Shown here: in pieces, positions 1-9,131 of the stretch
Position numbering within the stretch: position 1 is the stretch's first letter
How the letters are laid out: every line of letters starts with the position of its first letter
NCBI GenBank assembly: GCA_015067385.1
Contig: SVMP01000001.1
Location: 1-58,912 of the forward strand
Source of the DNA: Oscillospiraceae bacterium
GTDB taxonomy: Bacteria; Bacillota; Clostridia; Oscillospirales; UBA644
Direction of reading: 5' to 3'
Length of the DNA: 58,912 nt
Notes under the pieces: generated by a model
Database searches by the model: none
Told to the model about the DNA's origin: nothing
The model's input: only the letters and a program-made list of their open reading frames with translations
Made by a program: the position numbers and the translations under genes

Positions 1-386
1 AGCAACGTTGATGAATAAATGCTTTCAACGGCATTTTTTATCGGCAGGATAAGAAACATCGGAAGAAGCGAGTAAATTATCAGTAAGCCCTTTCTTCTAA
101 TCGGATCTTCGGTCGGCAATCCCTTTTCCCATTTTATCTCGCCCTTAAAAAGCGGTCCGATCGATGTGAAAAGCGTTCTTATCAAAACGCCGAGCGATCT
201 TCTGTAAACGAAGCATACCGCCAGAAGCGTTCCGAGATGAAGAAGAGACGTGAAAAAGATATCAGACACTTCTTCTTCCGTCCCCAACAGCTCCTGGAAA
301 ATTACAAGATGCCCCGAACTTGATACAGGCAGAAATTCCGTTAAGCCCTGTACAAGACCGAGGATGATCGATTTGATTAATGTCAT
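1..386 (-). CDS. uppP: undecaprenyl-diphosphate phosphatase (UppP/BacA), N-terminal part; CDS runs off the left edge
   Basis: Absent from the ORF track because there is no stop in the window. Reverse-strand ATG at 386 is preceded by GGAGGT. Translation [31 protein letters not shown]... carries the UppP signature [13 protein letters not shown]. Confidence 0.85.
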   Translation of the reverse strand, partial: MTLIKSIILGLVQGLTEFLPVSSSGHLVIFQELLGTEEEVSDIFFTSLLHLGTLLAVCFVYRRSLGVLIRTLFTSIGPLFKGEIKWEKGLPTEDPIRRKGLLIIYSLLPMFLILPIKNAVESIYSSTL

Positions 387-496
387 TCTTACCTCCGTTT
401 TGGGTAAATGTCGGTCGTGTGTTGTGTTTGTTTTTTTATTATACCATAGAAAAATGAAAAAGTAAATAATTTTACGCTATTTTCAGTAAAAAAATA

Positions 497-525
497 TTGC
501 ATTTTTTTTCTTTTTATGTTATTAT
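497..525 (+). promoter_or_regulatory. putative sigma-A promoter for zapA operon
   Basis: TTGCAT (497-502), 17-nt spacer, TATTAT (520-525) with TG at -15/-14. Lies about 40 nt upstream of zapA. Confidence 0.45.
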
Positions 526-561
526 ATAGGAAAACAAGACAATAAAGGAGTATTACTTCCC

Positions 562-909
562 ATGGAAAACGTTTATACAGTTAAAATAGCAGGCTTTGAG
601 CTCACTCTTTACTCTACCGAAAGCGAAGAATACACTCAGAAGATCGCTCAGGCGGTTGAAGAAAAGATCAAGGAACAGACAGCCGCTAACCCCAGCGCTT
701 CTCTTGCAAAAGCAAGCATCCTCGCTCTTATGGAGCTTTACGATCAGCTTATCAAGCTTCAGGTAGGCGCTGACAATATGCGTCTTCAGCTCAAGGATTA
801 TCTTGATGACACCACAAAGGCTATCGCCGAACGTGACGAAGCACGCAGAACCGCAGAAAAGCTCAGAGATGAACTTCTCGCCCTCAAGATCGACATCTCC
901 AACAAATAA
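562..909 (+). CDS. zapA: cell division protein ZapA-like
   Basis: 115-aa ORF with AAGGAG RBS. Small protein with a coiled-coil C-terminus and a ZapA-like N-terminus (V.I.G..Y.L). Sits directly upstream of a U32 peptidase, as is common in Clostridia. Confidence 0.7.
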   Translation: MENVYTVKIAGFELTLYSTESEEYTQKIAQAVEEKIKEQTAANPSASLAKASILALMELYDQLIKLQVGADNMRLQLKDYLDDTTKAIAERDEARRTAEKLRDELLALKIDISNK

Positions 910-915
910 GCAAAT

Positions 916-2922
916 ATGGAAATACTTTCTCCGGCAGGCTCACGAGAGGCTCTGCGCGCAGCCGTTTTTTCCGGCGCCGATGCCGTTTATCTGGGCGCTT
1001 CCGGTTTTAATGCGAGAATTAACGCCAAAAATTTTACCGATGACGAACTTCGGGAGTCAATAGCTTTTTGTCACGAACGCGGTGTTAAAGTGTATGTAAC
1101 AATGAACACCCTTGTTTATGACAAAGAGATTCCCGAGGCTTTGTCTCTTGCCGAATTTTTAACGGATGCCGGCGTCGATGCTTTCATCGTTCAGGATCTC
1201 GGACTTGCGAGCCTTCTGAAAAAATGTTCGCCATCCGTCCCTCTTCATGCAAGCACCCAGATGTCCGTCTGCTCTCTTGACGGCGTTGAGGCTCTTGCAG
1301 ACCTCGGCTTTTCAAGAGTGGTCCTCTCACGCGAGCTTTCTTATGAGGACATAAGCTTTGTCGCTTCTCATTCTCCCGTGGAGACCGAATTTTTCGTTCA
1401 CGGCGCTTTCTGTATGTCTTACAGCGGTCAGTGCTACATGAGCTCCATAATCGGCGGACGAAGCGGCAACAGGGGACTTTGCGCTCAGCCGTGCCGCCTT
1501 CCTTACAGAAACGGTTATACGCTGAGCCTTAAGGATAACTGTCTTCTCGAATACGTTCCGAAGCTTCTCGATGCAGGCGTTACATCTTTGAAGATCGAGG
1601 GCAGAATGAAGGGTCCCGAATACGTTGCCTCTGTAACGGATGCTTACGTTCGTGCAAAAAACGGCGAACCGTATTCCAATGAAAAAAAAGAATACCTTGC
1701 TCAGGTATTCAGCCGTCAGGGCTTTACGGACGGTTATTTTACATCAAAGCAGGGAAAGGATATGTTCGGTGTCCGAAAGGAAAACGAACAGCCGCTTAAA
1801 ATATCTCTTCCGAATGAGGAGTTTAAACGGTTTCCTCTTGACATTAACGTAAAAAGCGACGGTCAAACGGCTCTCGTATCCGCTTCATGCGACGACGGTT
1901 ACAGCTCGGAGACATCGGTTCCCGTTCAAAAAGCGGAAAAACGTCCCACTTCGGATGAAGAGATCATGACCGCACTTTCCAAATTGGGCGGAACACCGTA
2001 TTATATCAATACGTTCTCCTGCCAAAAAAATGACGACGATTTTATTCCCGTTTCTGTTCTTAACTCCGCACGCCGTGATATTATCAAAAATCTTACGGAT
2101 ATGCGTCTTACAAAAAACCAGGCTTTCTCTTTGAGAAAAGATCCACCTTATGTCTTTACGCCTGCGAAAAAAACGGAATTCGAAGCTCTGTTTTTTAATC
2201 CTGCGTCTATTCCCGAAAATGCCGATAAGCTTTCTCGAATATGGCTTCCGTCCGAGTTCTTTTTACGTAAAAATGCGGAAAAAACGGTTGCCGCTTACGG
2301 CGATAAGATAGGCATCGCTTTGCCGTCTGTTTTTCATGACAGCGAAAAAAGACAGGTCGAAAAACATCTTGCAGCCGCAGCTGAGCTCGGCGTAAAACAC
2401 GCTCTTTGCGGAAACATAGGGCATATACGCTTTGCTTCCGATCTGGGTTTTACAGTTCACGGCGATTACGGACTCAATGCCGTAAATGCGGAATCCGTCA
2501 GAGAATATTTTGCGCTCGGTCTTGACAGTCTCACTCTTTCCTTTGAGCTTACGATGCGTCAGGCGGAAGATCTGTGCGGCGAAAATACGGGTATTATCGC
2601 ATACGGCAGACTTCCTTTCATGATAATGAAAAACTGCGTAAAGGGCGGCAACGGCAAGGGCTGTGACCGTAAAGGCAAATCAGCCTTTCTTACCGACAGA
2701 ATGAAGAAGGATTTCCTTCTCACCTGCGATTTCGGCTGCCGCAACAGGCTTTGGAATGCCGATAAACTCTGGCTTGCCGATAAAAAACTTCCCCGCTTCG
2801 GGTTCATAAGATTTTTGTTTACAGACGAATCGGCTGCCGATGCGGAAAATATCATCAACTCTTATCTTGACCAAAATACCGATCTTCCTCTTAATATCAC
2901 AAGAGGCAGATACTATTCATAA
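916..2922 (+). CDS. U32 family peptidase (PrtC/collagenase-like)
   Basis: 668 aa. The N-terminus MEILSPAGS..ALRAAV.SGADAVYLG and the cysteine-rich core CMSYSGQC...CAQPCR are typical of U32 family proteins. Confidence 0.88.
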   Translation: MEILSPAGSREALRAAVFSGADAVYLGASGFNARINAKNFTDDELRESIAFCHERGVKVYVTMNTLVYDKEIPEALSLAEFLTDAGVDAFIVQDLGLASLLKKCSPSVPLHASTQMSVCSLDGVEALADLGFSRVVLSRELSYEDISFVASHSPVETEFFVHGAFCMSYSGQCYMSSIIGGRSGNRGLCAQPCRLPYRNGYTLSLKDNCLLEYVPKLLDAGVTSLKIEGRMKGPEYVASVTDAYVRAKNGEPYSNEKKEYLAQVFSRQGFTDGYFTSKQGKDMFGVRKENEQPLKISLPNEEFKRFPLDINVKSDGQTALVSASCDDGYSSETSVPVQKAEKRPTSDEEIMTALSKLGGTPYYINTFSCQKNDDDFIPVSVLNSARRDIIKNLTDMRLTKNQAFSLRKDPPYVFTPAKKTEFEALFFNPASIPENADKLSRIWLPSEFFLRKNAEKTVAAYGDKIGIALPSVFHDSEKRQVEKHLAAAAELGVKHALCGNIGHIRFASDLGFTVHGDYGLNAVNAESVREYFALGLDSLTLSFELTMRQAEDLCGENTGIIAYGRLPFMIMKNCVKGGNGKGCDRKGKSAFLTDRMKKDFLLTCDFGCRNRLWNADKLWLADKKLPRFGFIRFLFTDESAADAENIINSYLDQNTDLPLNITRGRYYS

Positions 2923-2948
2923 TATAAACTTTCTTGGAGGAACATACC

Positions 2949-3728
2949 ATGAAAATCGGAATTATTGCAGATATTCATCTGCCTAAAAAAGAACGTCCGG
3001 CACGTCCCGAGCCCGGCAAAAAGCCCGAGCCTGTTCCCGACGATCCGACGACCGTTAAAGTAAAGGCTTTCTATGAAAAGGCAAAGGCTGAAAAATACGA
3101 CTTTGTTTTTAATCTCGGAGATCTCATCAGCGACAGCGGAGACGAGAATGCGAATTATATGACCGCTTCCATGTTCTCCCGTTCAATGATCAGCTCCACC
3201 GTCAATACATATTACGTTCTCGGCAACCGTGACTGCATGTGCCTTCCCAAAGACCTGCTTCTCCATTGCTCCGAAACCCTCGGCGGCGCTTATCAGTTCA
3301 AAAAGGAAGATACTCTCTTCGTCGCTCTTGATGCAAACTATTCCTGCGACGGTAAGGCATATGCTCCGGGCTTTACGGATTGGACAGATTCCTTTATTCC
3401 CGAGGTCCAGCTCGAATTCCTTAAAAAACAGCTTGCCCGTGACGATTTCAAGCAGGCTGTCGTGGTTTGCCATCAGCGTCTTGATCTTTTTATGGACGGT
3501 CTTGAACACGTTAATCCCCATGTCGTTTCCAATGCGGAAGCTGTTCGTGAAATAATCGAGGCTTCGGGTAAGGTTGCTCTTGTTCTTCAGGCTCATTACC
3601 ACAGCGGCGACGATGTCGTTCAGAACGGCATCCGTTACTACACTCAGCCTGCTCTCTTCAAGAAAGGTGTCTTCTCCGTTCTCACTATCGATGAAAACGG
3701 CATTTCTATCGAACAGGAAACCGTATGA
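2949..3728 (+). CDS. metallophosphoesterase
   Basis: Calcineurin-like motifs IIADIH, LGDLISD, GNRD, VCHQ and HYH. ATG at 2949 follows GGAGG (2936-2940), so I prefer it to the TTG at 2934 used by the ORF track. Confidence 0.8.
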   Translation: MKIGIIADIHLPKKERPARPEPGKKPEPVPDDPTTVKVKAFYEKAKAEKYDFVFNLGDLISDSGDENANYMTASMFSRSMISSTVNTYYVLGNRDCMCLPKDLLLHCSETLGGAYQFKKEDTLFVALDANYSCDGKAYAPGFTDWTDSFIPEVQLEFLKKQLARDDFKQAVVVCHQRLDLFMDGLEHVNPHVVSNAEAVREIIEASGKVALVLQAHYHSGDDVVQNGIRYYTQPALFKKGVFSVLTIDENGISIEQETV

Positions 3729-4165
3729 CTTTAAAATATTCCAGAATTGAACGAAACGGAAAAAAGCCCCCCGAGCCTTTTTATGCGACAGACGGCGCGG
3801 CAGGTCTTGACCTTACTGTTTTCGGAGAGAATGTCTCGATCGCTCCCGGAGGTCATGCTGTCGTTAAGACAGGTATCTGCGTTGCTGTCCCCGAAGGTCA
3901 TGTCGGTCTTATATTTATAAGATCGTCACTCGGTGTAAAGCGCGGCATCACGCTCTCCAACAGCGTCGGCGTTATCGACAGCGACTACCGAGGCGAGCTT
4001 CTCGTCTCCCTTTTCAACACTGCTTCCGAAACCGCTGTACTCAACGAAGGCGAACGTGTCGCTCAGCTCGTTGTCGTGCCTTGCCCTCGTCACGAACTTC
4101 TCGAATGTGATGAACTCGATAAAACCGATCGAGGCGACGGCAGATTCGGTTCTACAGGCAAATAA
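3725..4165 (+). CDS. dut: dUTP diphosphatase
   Basis: 146 aa with dUTPase motifs AAGLDL, IRSSLG, GVIDSDYRGE and RGDGRFGSTG. ATGA overlap with the upstream gene. Confidence 0.92.
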   Translation: MTLKYSRIERNGKKPPEPFYATDGAAGLDLTVFGENVSIAPGGHAVVKTGICVAVPEGHVGLIFIRSSLGVKRGITLSNSVGVIDSDYRGELLVSLFNTASETAVLNEGERVAQLVVVPCPRHELLECDELDKTDRGDGRFGSTGK

Positions 4166-4178
4166 ACAAAAAATATCA

Positions 4179-4225
4179 AAGACCTATTCTCTGAGTTTTT
4201 CTCTGAAAATAGGTCTTGTTTTTTT
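4179..4225. terminator. possible bidirectional terminator between convergent genes
   Basis: Inverted repeat AAGACCTATT (4179-4188) / AATAGGTCTT (4208-4217) followed by a T-run. The loop is rather long, so confidence is modest. Confidence 0.35.
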
Positions 4226-4670
4226 ATTCTGTTTCTGCGATATCTTCGTTTTCTTCTGCTTTTTCTACTTCGATAATAAGAAATTTGCTTTTGGAATCGG
4301 CGTTTTCTTCTGTTTTTACAGTGTATCCGTCAATTTCTTTTCCGTCTCTTACCGCTTTGAAAAAGTTAACGTTTTCTTTTTCTTCGATTTTAACATACAT
4401 ACCGTTCGCAAACACGAATTCGCCGTTTTCATATATCGCAATGCCCTTTGAATCAATGCCGCCGAGCGCTTTTTCTATCGCTCTACGCTTTGAATCACGT
4501 GTTACTGCCGAAGCGTAAATGCCGACGATCAACGCAAGAAGAAGCATAACGCCCGAAAAGATCAGCTTTATCTTGAAATCGACCTGCGCCGTCATAACGA
4601 CATAATATGTTGCCGCAGCCGCAATTCCCACTGCCGCAATAAAAACTATTCCCGTTACTGTTTTTTTCAT
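4224..4670 (-). CDS. hypothetical membrane protein (two N-terminal TM helices, acidic C-terminal domain)
   Basis: 148-aa ORF with hydrophobic segments IVFIAAVGIAAAATYYVV and LIFSGVMLLLALIVGIYA. No recognisable family. Confidence 0.55.
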   Translation of the reverse strand: MKKTVTGIVFIAAVGIAAAATYYVVMTAQVDFKIKLIFSGVMLLLALIVGIYASAVTRDSKRRAIEKALGGIDSKGIAIYENGEFVFANGMYVKIEEKENVNFFKAVRDGKEIDGYTVKTEENADSKSKFLIIEVEKAEENEDIAETE

Positions 4671-4688
4671 ATCTCTTTACCCGGGCTC

Positions 4689-5111
4689 TTATTCGAACAT
4701 GTCGATTCTTTTTTTGTGCTTGCCGCCTTCGAACTCGGTCGTGATGAACGTATCCGTGATCTCCATGGCAACGCCCTCGCCGATAATTCTTGCGCCCATG
4801 CAAAGAACGTTTGCATCGTTGTGAAGACGTGTGTATTTCGCCGCAAAGGTTTCCGTGCAGACAGCCGCCCTTATGCCTTTAATTTTGTTTGCCGCCATGC
4901 TCATGCCGATGCCTGTGCCGCAAACGAGGATTGCTCTGTCGCATTTACCCGAAACTACCGCTTCACATGCTTTTTTCGCAAAAACAGGGTAGTCACAGCT
5001 TTCTTCATTTTCCGTACCGAAATCGCAAACCTCGAATTTCAGTTCCTCAAGATGTTTTTTTATCTTTTCTTTAAGCGCAAAACCTGCGTGGTCCGATGCA
5101 ATAGCTATCAT
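4689..5111 (-). CDS. rpiB: ribose-5-phosphate isomerase B
   Basis: MIAIASDHAGF.LKE.I...L......DFG and CGTGIGMSMAANK are RpiB/LacAB signatures. The start at 5111 (M15 of the track ORF) lies 1 nt after the tsaB stop and has an AAGGAAAA RBS. Confidence 0.9.
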   Translation of the reverse strand: MIAIASDHAGFALKEKIKKHLEELKFEVCDFGTENEESCDYPVFAKKACEAVVSGKCDRAILVCGTGIGMSMAANKIKGIRAAVCTETFAAKYTRLHNDANVLCMGARIIGEGVAMEITDTFITTEFEGGKHKKRIDMFE

Positions 5112-5112
5112 A

Positions 5113-5868
5113 TCAGTTGTTTTCCTTTTCTTTTTGTTTTTGTTCTGCGGCAAGCCTTTCGAGTCTCTCTCTTTCAGCCTGCGGCGGTCTTAAATAAACG
5201 GCGGTCAGCTCGCCTGCCGTCTTTTCTTCGTAAAATCCTTCTTTTATCGCTTCGAAAATACCTTCGGCGTGAATGTATGCAACGTTCTGCGCCGCTCTGT
5301 AAACCAGAAGACCGAACTGCTCGCATTTCTTTTCGAGAATATCTGCGCCGTCGCCTAAAATAAGGATCTTTTCTCCGCTTTTAACATATTCCGAAAGCTC
5401 GTTTACAAGCTCGGAGGCTTCTATCTGTCTGTCCTCGCAAAGCCTTGTAAATCCCGATCTCTCACAGCGAAATACCGCATTGTACAGCATTCCTCTTCTC
5501 GCATCGGAAACAGGGCAGATAATACCGTCAAATCCCTTTGCTCCGCACGCAAGCGCCGCCATCGTTGAAACAGCAAGGCATGGGAGCTTTTTCGCAAAAG
5601 CCAAGCCCTTTGCCGTCGAAACACCGATCTTAACGCCCGTAAATGAGCCCGGTCCGACCGTTAAAGCGATCTTGTTTATTTGGCTGACATCTGTCTGAGA
5701 ATCTTTTAATACGCTCTCTATCGATGGCAGCAGTGTTTTTGAATGTGTAAGCCCGCTGTTTGAAAATGCCGAGGCAATAACCTTTCCGTCTGCCGCTACG
5801 GCTGTGGCACAGGATTGCCCCGATGTATCAAAAGCAAGGATCATCTCATTTATGTTTTTTTCAGTCAT
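5113..5868 (-). CDS. tsaB: tRNA t6A37 threonylcarbamoyl-transfer protein TsaB
   Basis: ILAFDTSGQSCATAV N-terminus and GPGSFTGVKIGVSTAKGLA motif. Overlaps tsaE, the usual tsaE-tsaB pairing. Confidence 0.88.
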   Translation of the reverse strand: MTEKNINEMILAFDTSGQSCATAVAADGKVIASAFSNSGLTHSKTLLPSIESVLKDSQTDVSQINKIALTVGPGSFTGVKIGVSTAKGLAFAKKLPCLAVSTMAALACGAKGFDGIICPVSDARRGMLYNAVFRCERSGFTRLCEDRQIEASELVNELSEYVKSGEKILILGDGADILEKKCEQFGLLVYRAAQNVAYIHAEGIFEAIKEGFYEEKTAGELTAVYLRPPQAERERLERLAAEQKQKEKENN

Positions 5869-6268
5869 CGAGCATTATCACTCTTTCATTTTCGTTTTCA
5901 CCGTAGCAAAAACTTATTCTTACCGCATTGTCGAAACCGTCGCAGTTCGTTCCTGCCCATTCGACAAATATCAGATCCGCATCACTGTCGTAAAACCCCG
6001 TCGAGTAAAGATCGTCCTCGTCTGTTATACGGCATAGATCGTAGTGCATTACCTTTTTGTCCTCGGTCATGTATTCGTTGCAAAGGGCAAATGTCGGGCT
6101 TGTTACACGCCCCGTATACCCCAACGCCTGCATACAGCCTTGAACAAAAACCGTCTTTCCGGCACCCATCTCACCGTCGAGACATACCGTGGCGCCTTGC
6201 GGAAATGTTTTCAAAAGCTCTGCGGCGATCTTTCTTGTCTGCTCCGCAGAAGTAGATATATATTTCAT
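5861..6268 (-). CDS. tsaE: tRNA t6A37 ATPase TsaE
   Basis: 135 aa with LDGEMGAGKTVFVQG P-loop and SPTFAL..EY motif characteristic of TsaE/YjeE. Confidence 0.88.
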   Translation of the reverse strand: MKYISTSAEQTRKIAAELLKTFPQGATVCLDGEMGAGKTVFVQGCMQALGYTGRVTSPTFALCNEYMTEDKKVMHYDLCRITDEDDLYSTGFYDSDADLIFVEWAGTNCDGFDNAVRISFCYGENENERVIMLDD

Positions 6269-6271
6269 TTT

Positions 6272-7237
6272 TTACGTTAACTCCAATATTTTCATTATCG
6301 AGTTTACTACCCAGTACATCGCAGGTATCGTCAGAATATTCAACAGTATGCAGACAAACGTTATCGCATTGCCGAATACGTAGTCAAGCCCGTATTCCTT
6401 ATAAAAAACAGTCATCGAGATCATCGGGGATGCCGCAAACACTATCGTTATAACGCCCACCGCCATCGGTGAAAACAACCCCGTCAAAGCTAAGCCGACA
6501 CCTAAAACGAACGGTATAACAAAACATTTGAACGGAATGAAAAGATATGTCATTCTGTCCTTGAAAATATTTTTTATGTTAACACCGACAAGCATCATGC
6601 CGAGGTACACCATCGCAAGATATGACAGCGCCGAACCGAATTTATAAAGAGGCTCCTGAATAAATGACGGTAAATTGAATCCGAGCATTTTAAGGATAAA
6701 CGATATTATAAAAACGACTGTTACAGGATTTATGTGTATTCCTTTTTCCTTCTTTTCGCCCGAAAGCTTTTCGCCTCCGACTGCAAGCAGGGATACAGTA
6801 AGCGTCCATGAGATCATGTCCGACCCCAATGCGAATATCGTGCACGCAAGCGAGCCTTCGTCACCGAATATGCCCTGACATATCGGCATTCCCAAAAATA
6901 TTGCGTTCGGTGCCGAACAAAGCGACAGCAGAATGTATTTTCTTGCCGCCTCTGCCTTTGTTATTTTCGCAAACAGGAATCCTACGCCCAACAACATAAG
7001 AGTTATTACGGCGCCTGCAACGAAAAGGGGAAGCTGGTCGATTATCTGCTGTTTTGTTATGTTCTGCGAAAGCAGTTTCGATGCAAGCCATGCGGGAAAC
7101 ATCAGTCTCGTTACTATTTTCGACACCGCACCTGCCGCATCCTTGGATATGTAACCTGTTTTAACGGAGATAAAGCCTGCCGCCATGAACATACCCAATA
7201 CGGCGACACACTGTATAATAGTTAATATTTCACTCAT
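6272..7237 (-). CDS. AEC (auxin efflux carrier) family transporter
   Basis: 321-aa polytopic membrane protein. The N-terminus, length and two-half hydrophobic organisation look typical of AEC/malate-permease-like proteins. Confidence 0.8.
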   Translation of the reverse strand: MSEILTIIQCVAVLGMFMAAGFISVKTGYISKDAAGAVSKIVTRLMFPAWLASKLLSQNITKQQIIDQLPLFVAGAVITLMLLGVGFLFAKITKAEAARKYILLSLCSAPNAIFLGMPICQGIFGDEGSLACTIFALGSDMISWTLTVSLLAVGGEKLSGEKKEKGIHINPVTVVFIISFILKMLGFNLPSFIQEPLYKFGSALSYLAMVYLGMMLVGVNIKNIFKDRMTYLFIPFKCFVIPFVLGVGLALTGLFSPMAVGVITIVFAASPMISMTVFYKEYGLDYVFGNAITFVCILLNILTIPAMYWVVNSIMKILELT

Positions 7238-7414
7238 AATAAGATATTATATCACAGTTCTTTGCGAAAAACAAGTCCTGTTTTTGATTTTAACACAGAA
7301 AATCTATTGTTTTTTTGGTAAATTTGTGATATAATTAATTGTTCCCGATAGGACAGACTTTGAGCTGTCTTTGTTTGGAAATCCAAAACATAATTAAGTA
7401 AGGACCGCACTTAT

Positions 7415-8515
7415 ATGCCCACAACAGACACCGCACGCCGCAAAAGACTTGCACGCAGACGCAGAAAAAGAATCATCCGAAAAGTGACCACCGCCGTTTT
7501 ATCCGTTGCCGTTATAGTCGCAACATTTTTTATCGTCTGGTCTATTATCGACCGTGATGATGACGTTACTGAAAACAATAATGAAAATTTCATTTCGGAC
7601 GAACACGGACAGTCCGACAGCGGAACCGTTTTTAACCCCGACCCCGATCCTGTTACTGATCCCGAACAGCCTCCCGTCGAAACAGAACAGAAACCCGATC
7701 CCGAACCCGAGCCCGAAATAAAAATGATGACTGTGGAGCTCAAAAAGGAAGATATAAAAAAGGGTATTCTTATCCTTGTCAACCGTCAGTATCTGTACGA
7801 TTTCCCCGAAGATGACAAGCTTATCGATATGTTTACATATAAATCATCCGCATATAAGTTTCGTGATACGGGCATGATGATCGACCCCGTTGCCGGTGAA
7901 GCGCTCAACGAACTGCTCGTTGATTTTTACAACCGTACAAATAACGGCGATGTTAATATTATCAGTACATACCGAACTCTCGACGATCAGAAACGTATCT
8001 ACGCTTCAAAGCTTGATTATTACGGCGGAGACGTTGAAACAACGGAAAAATGGGTAGCCGTACCGGGTGCAAGCGAGCACCATACCGGGCTTGCCATTGA
8101 CCTCGGTATCTACACATCCGACGGCGAAAGCTTCGATTTCAGAGGCGAGGACGAATATGCCTGGATCAATGAAAATTGCTATAAATACGGCTTTATCGTC
8201 CGTTACGATTCCGCTAAGACGGATATTACGGGAATAGCCTATGAACCGTGGCATTTCCGCTATCTCGGTCTGCCTCACTCCGAGATCATTTCAGGTACAA
8301 GTCTTTGCTATGAGGAATATATCGGCTACATCAAGGCGTATCCTTATGATGGCGACCATATGTTCTTTACATCCGAAACGGGAGACAAATATGAAATATT
8401 CTATCTCAGATCGGAAGGCGAGACAACGACCTTTGAGCTTCCCGAGGGCTCGGATTATTTCGTTTCCGGCAACAATGTTGACGGATATATCATAACCGTA
8501 AAGTCAGGAAAATAA
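7415..8515 (+). CDS. M15B (VanY-type) D-alanyl-D-alanine carboxypeptidase, membrane anchored
   Basis: Basic N-terminus plus one TM, then a Pro/Asp/Glu-rich linker. The catalytic domain has SEHHTGLAIDL and EPWHFRY zinc-ligand motifs. Confidence 0.85.
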   Translation: MPTTDTARRKRLARRRRKRIIRKVTTAVLSVAVIVATFFIVWSIIDRDDDVTENNNENFISDEHGQSDSGTVFNPDPDPVTDPEQPPVETEQKPDPEPEPEIKMMTVELKKEDIKKGILILVNRQYLYDFPEDDKLIDMFTYKSSAYKFRDTGMMIDPVAGEALNELLVDFYNRTNNGDVNIISTYRTLDDQKRIYASKLDYYGGDVETTEKWVAVPGASEHHTGLAIDLGIYTSDGESFDFRGEDEYAWINENCYKYGFIVRYDSAKTDITGIAYEPWHFRYLGLPHSEIISGTSLCYEEYIGYIKAYPYDGDHMFFTSETGDKYEIFYLRSEGETTTFELPEGSDYFVSGNNVDGYIITVKSGK

Positions 8516-8519
8516 AAAT

Positions 8520-9026
8520 ATGAAGATCCGTAATTCATTATCAAACGATGTTTCATCAATCATGGAAATAATAAATGCCGCAAAAAAGTTTTTTAAAGAA
8601 AACGGCATAGACCAATGGCAGAACGGAAACCCCAACGCCGAAATTCTGTCAAACGATATAAAAAACGGCGAAAGCTATGTTGTCTGCGATGAAAAAGACA
8701 CCGTTTTCGCAACAGCCATGATCTCAATGAACGGCGAACCGACATACGATAAGATCTATGACGGAAAATGGCTCAACAACGGCAGTTTCGGCGTTATCCA
8801 CCGTGTTGCCGTAAGCCCCTCCGCAAAAAAATCGGGGCTTGCTTCCATGCTCGTTTCTTTTGCCGAACAACAGACCCGTGCCGCAGGCTTTTCAAGTCTT
8901 CGTGCAGATACTCATGCCGATAATATACCCATGCAGAAAATGCTTGAGAAAAACGGCTTTGTTTATTGCGGAAACATCTTTCTTTCGGACGGCTCTCCCC
9001 GTCGCGCATATGAAAAAATGCTTTGA
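8520..9026 (+). CDS. GNAT family N-acetyltransferase
   Basis: 168 aa. The acetyl-CoA binding stretch IHRVAVSP...KSGLASMLV and the C-terminal N.PMQKMLEKNGF are typical GNAT features. Confidence 0.85.
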   Translation: MKIRNSLSNDVSSIMEIINAAKKFFKENGIDQWQNGNPNAEILSNDIKNGESYVVCDEKDTVFATAMISMNGEPTYDKIYDGKWLNNGSFGVIHRVAVSPSAKKSGLASMLVSFAEQQTRAAGFSSLRADTHADNIPMQKMLEKNGFVYCGNIFLSDGSPRRAYEKML

Positions 9027-9040
9027 ATAAAAATAAATTT

Positions 9041-9080
9041 GCCCTTTATGTCAAAAATATGTTGACATAAGGGCATTTTT
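9041..9080 (+). terminator. rho-independent terminator after GNAT gene
   Basis: 14-bp perfect stem GCCCTTTATGTCAA (9041-9054) / TTGACATAAGGGC (9061-9074) followed by ATTTTT. Confidence 0.7.
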
Positions 9081-9090
9081 GGTTTATAAT
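9062..9090 (+). promoter_or_regulatory. putative sigma-A promoter (consensus) embedded in the terminator 3' arm
   Basis: TTGACA (9062-9067), 17 nt, TATAAT (9085-9090). Lies 42 nt upstream of the 9132 start. Confidence 0.55.
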
Positions 9091-9131
9091 GTATATATAA
9101 ATTTTATTAACATAAATAGGAGAATCGTACA

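Noticed and set aside
250-465. 71-aa plus-strand ORF
   Set aside because: It overlaps the antisense of the uppP N-terminus (UppP signature on the minus strand) and extends into the promoter region. No RBS.
4716-5363. 215-aa plus-strand ORF
   Set aside because: It is antisense to rpiB and tsaB, both of which have clear family signatures on the minus strand.
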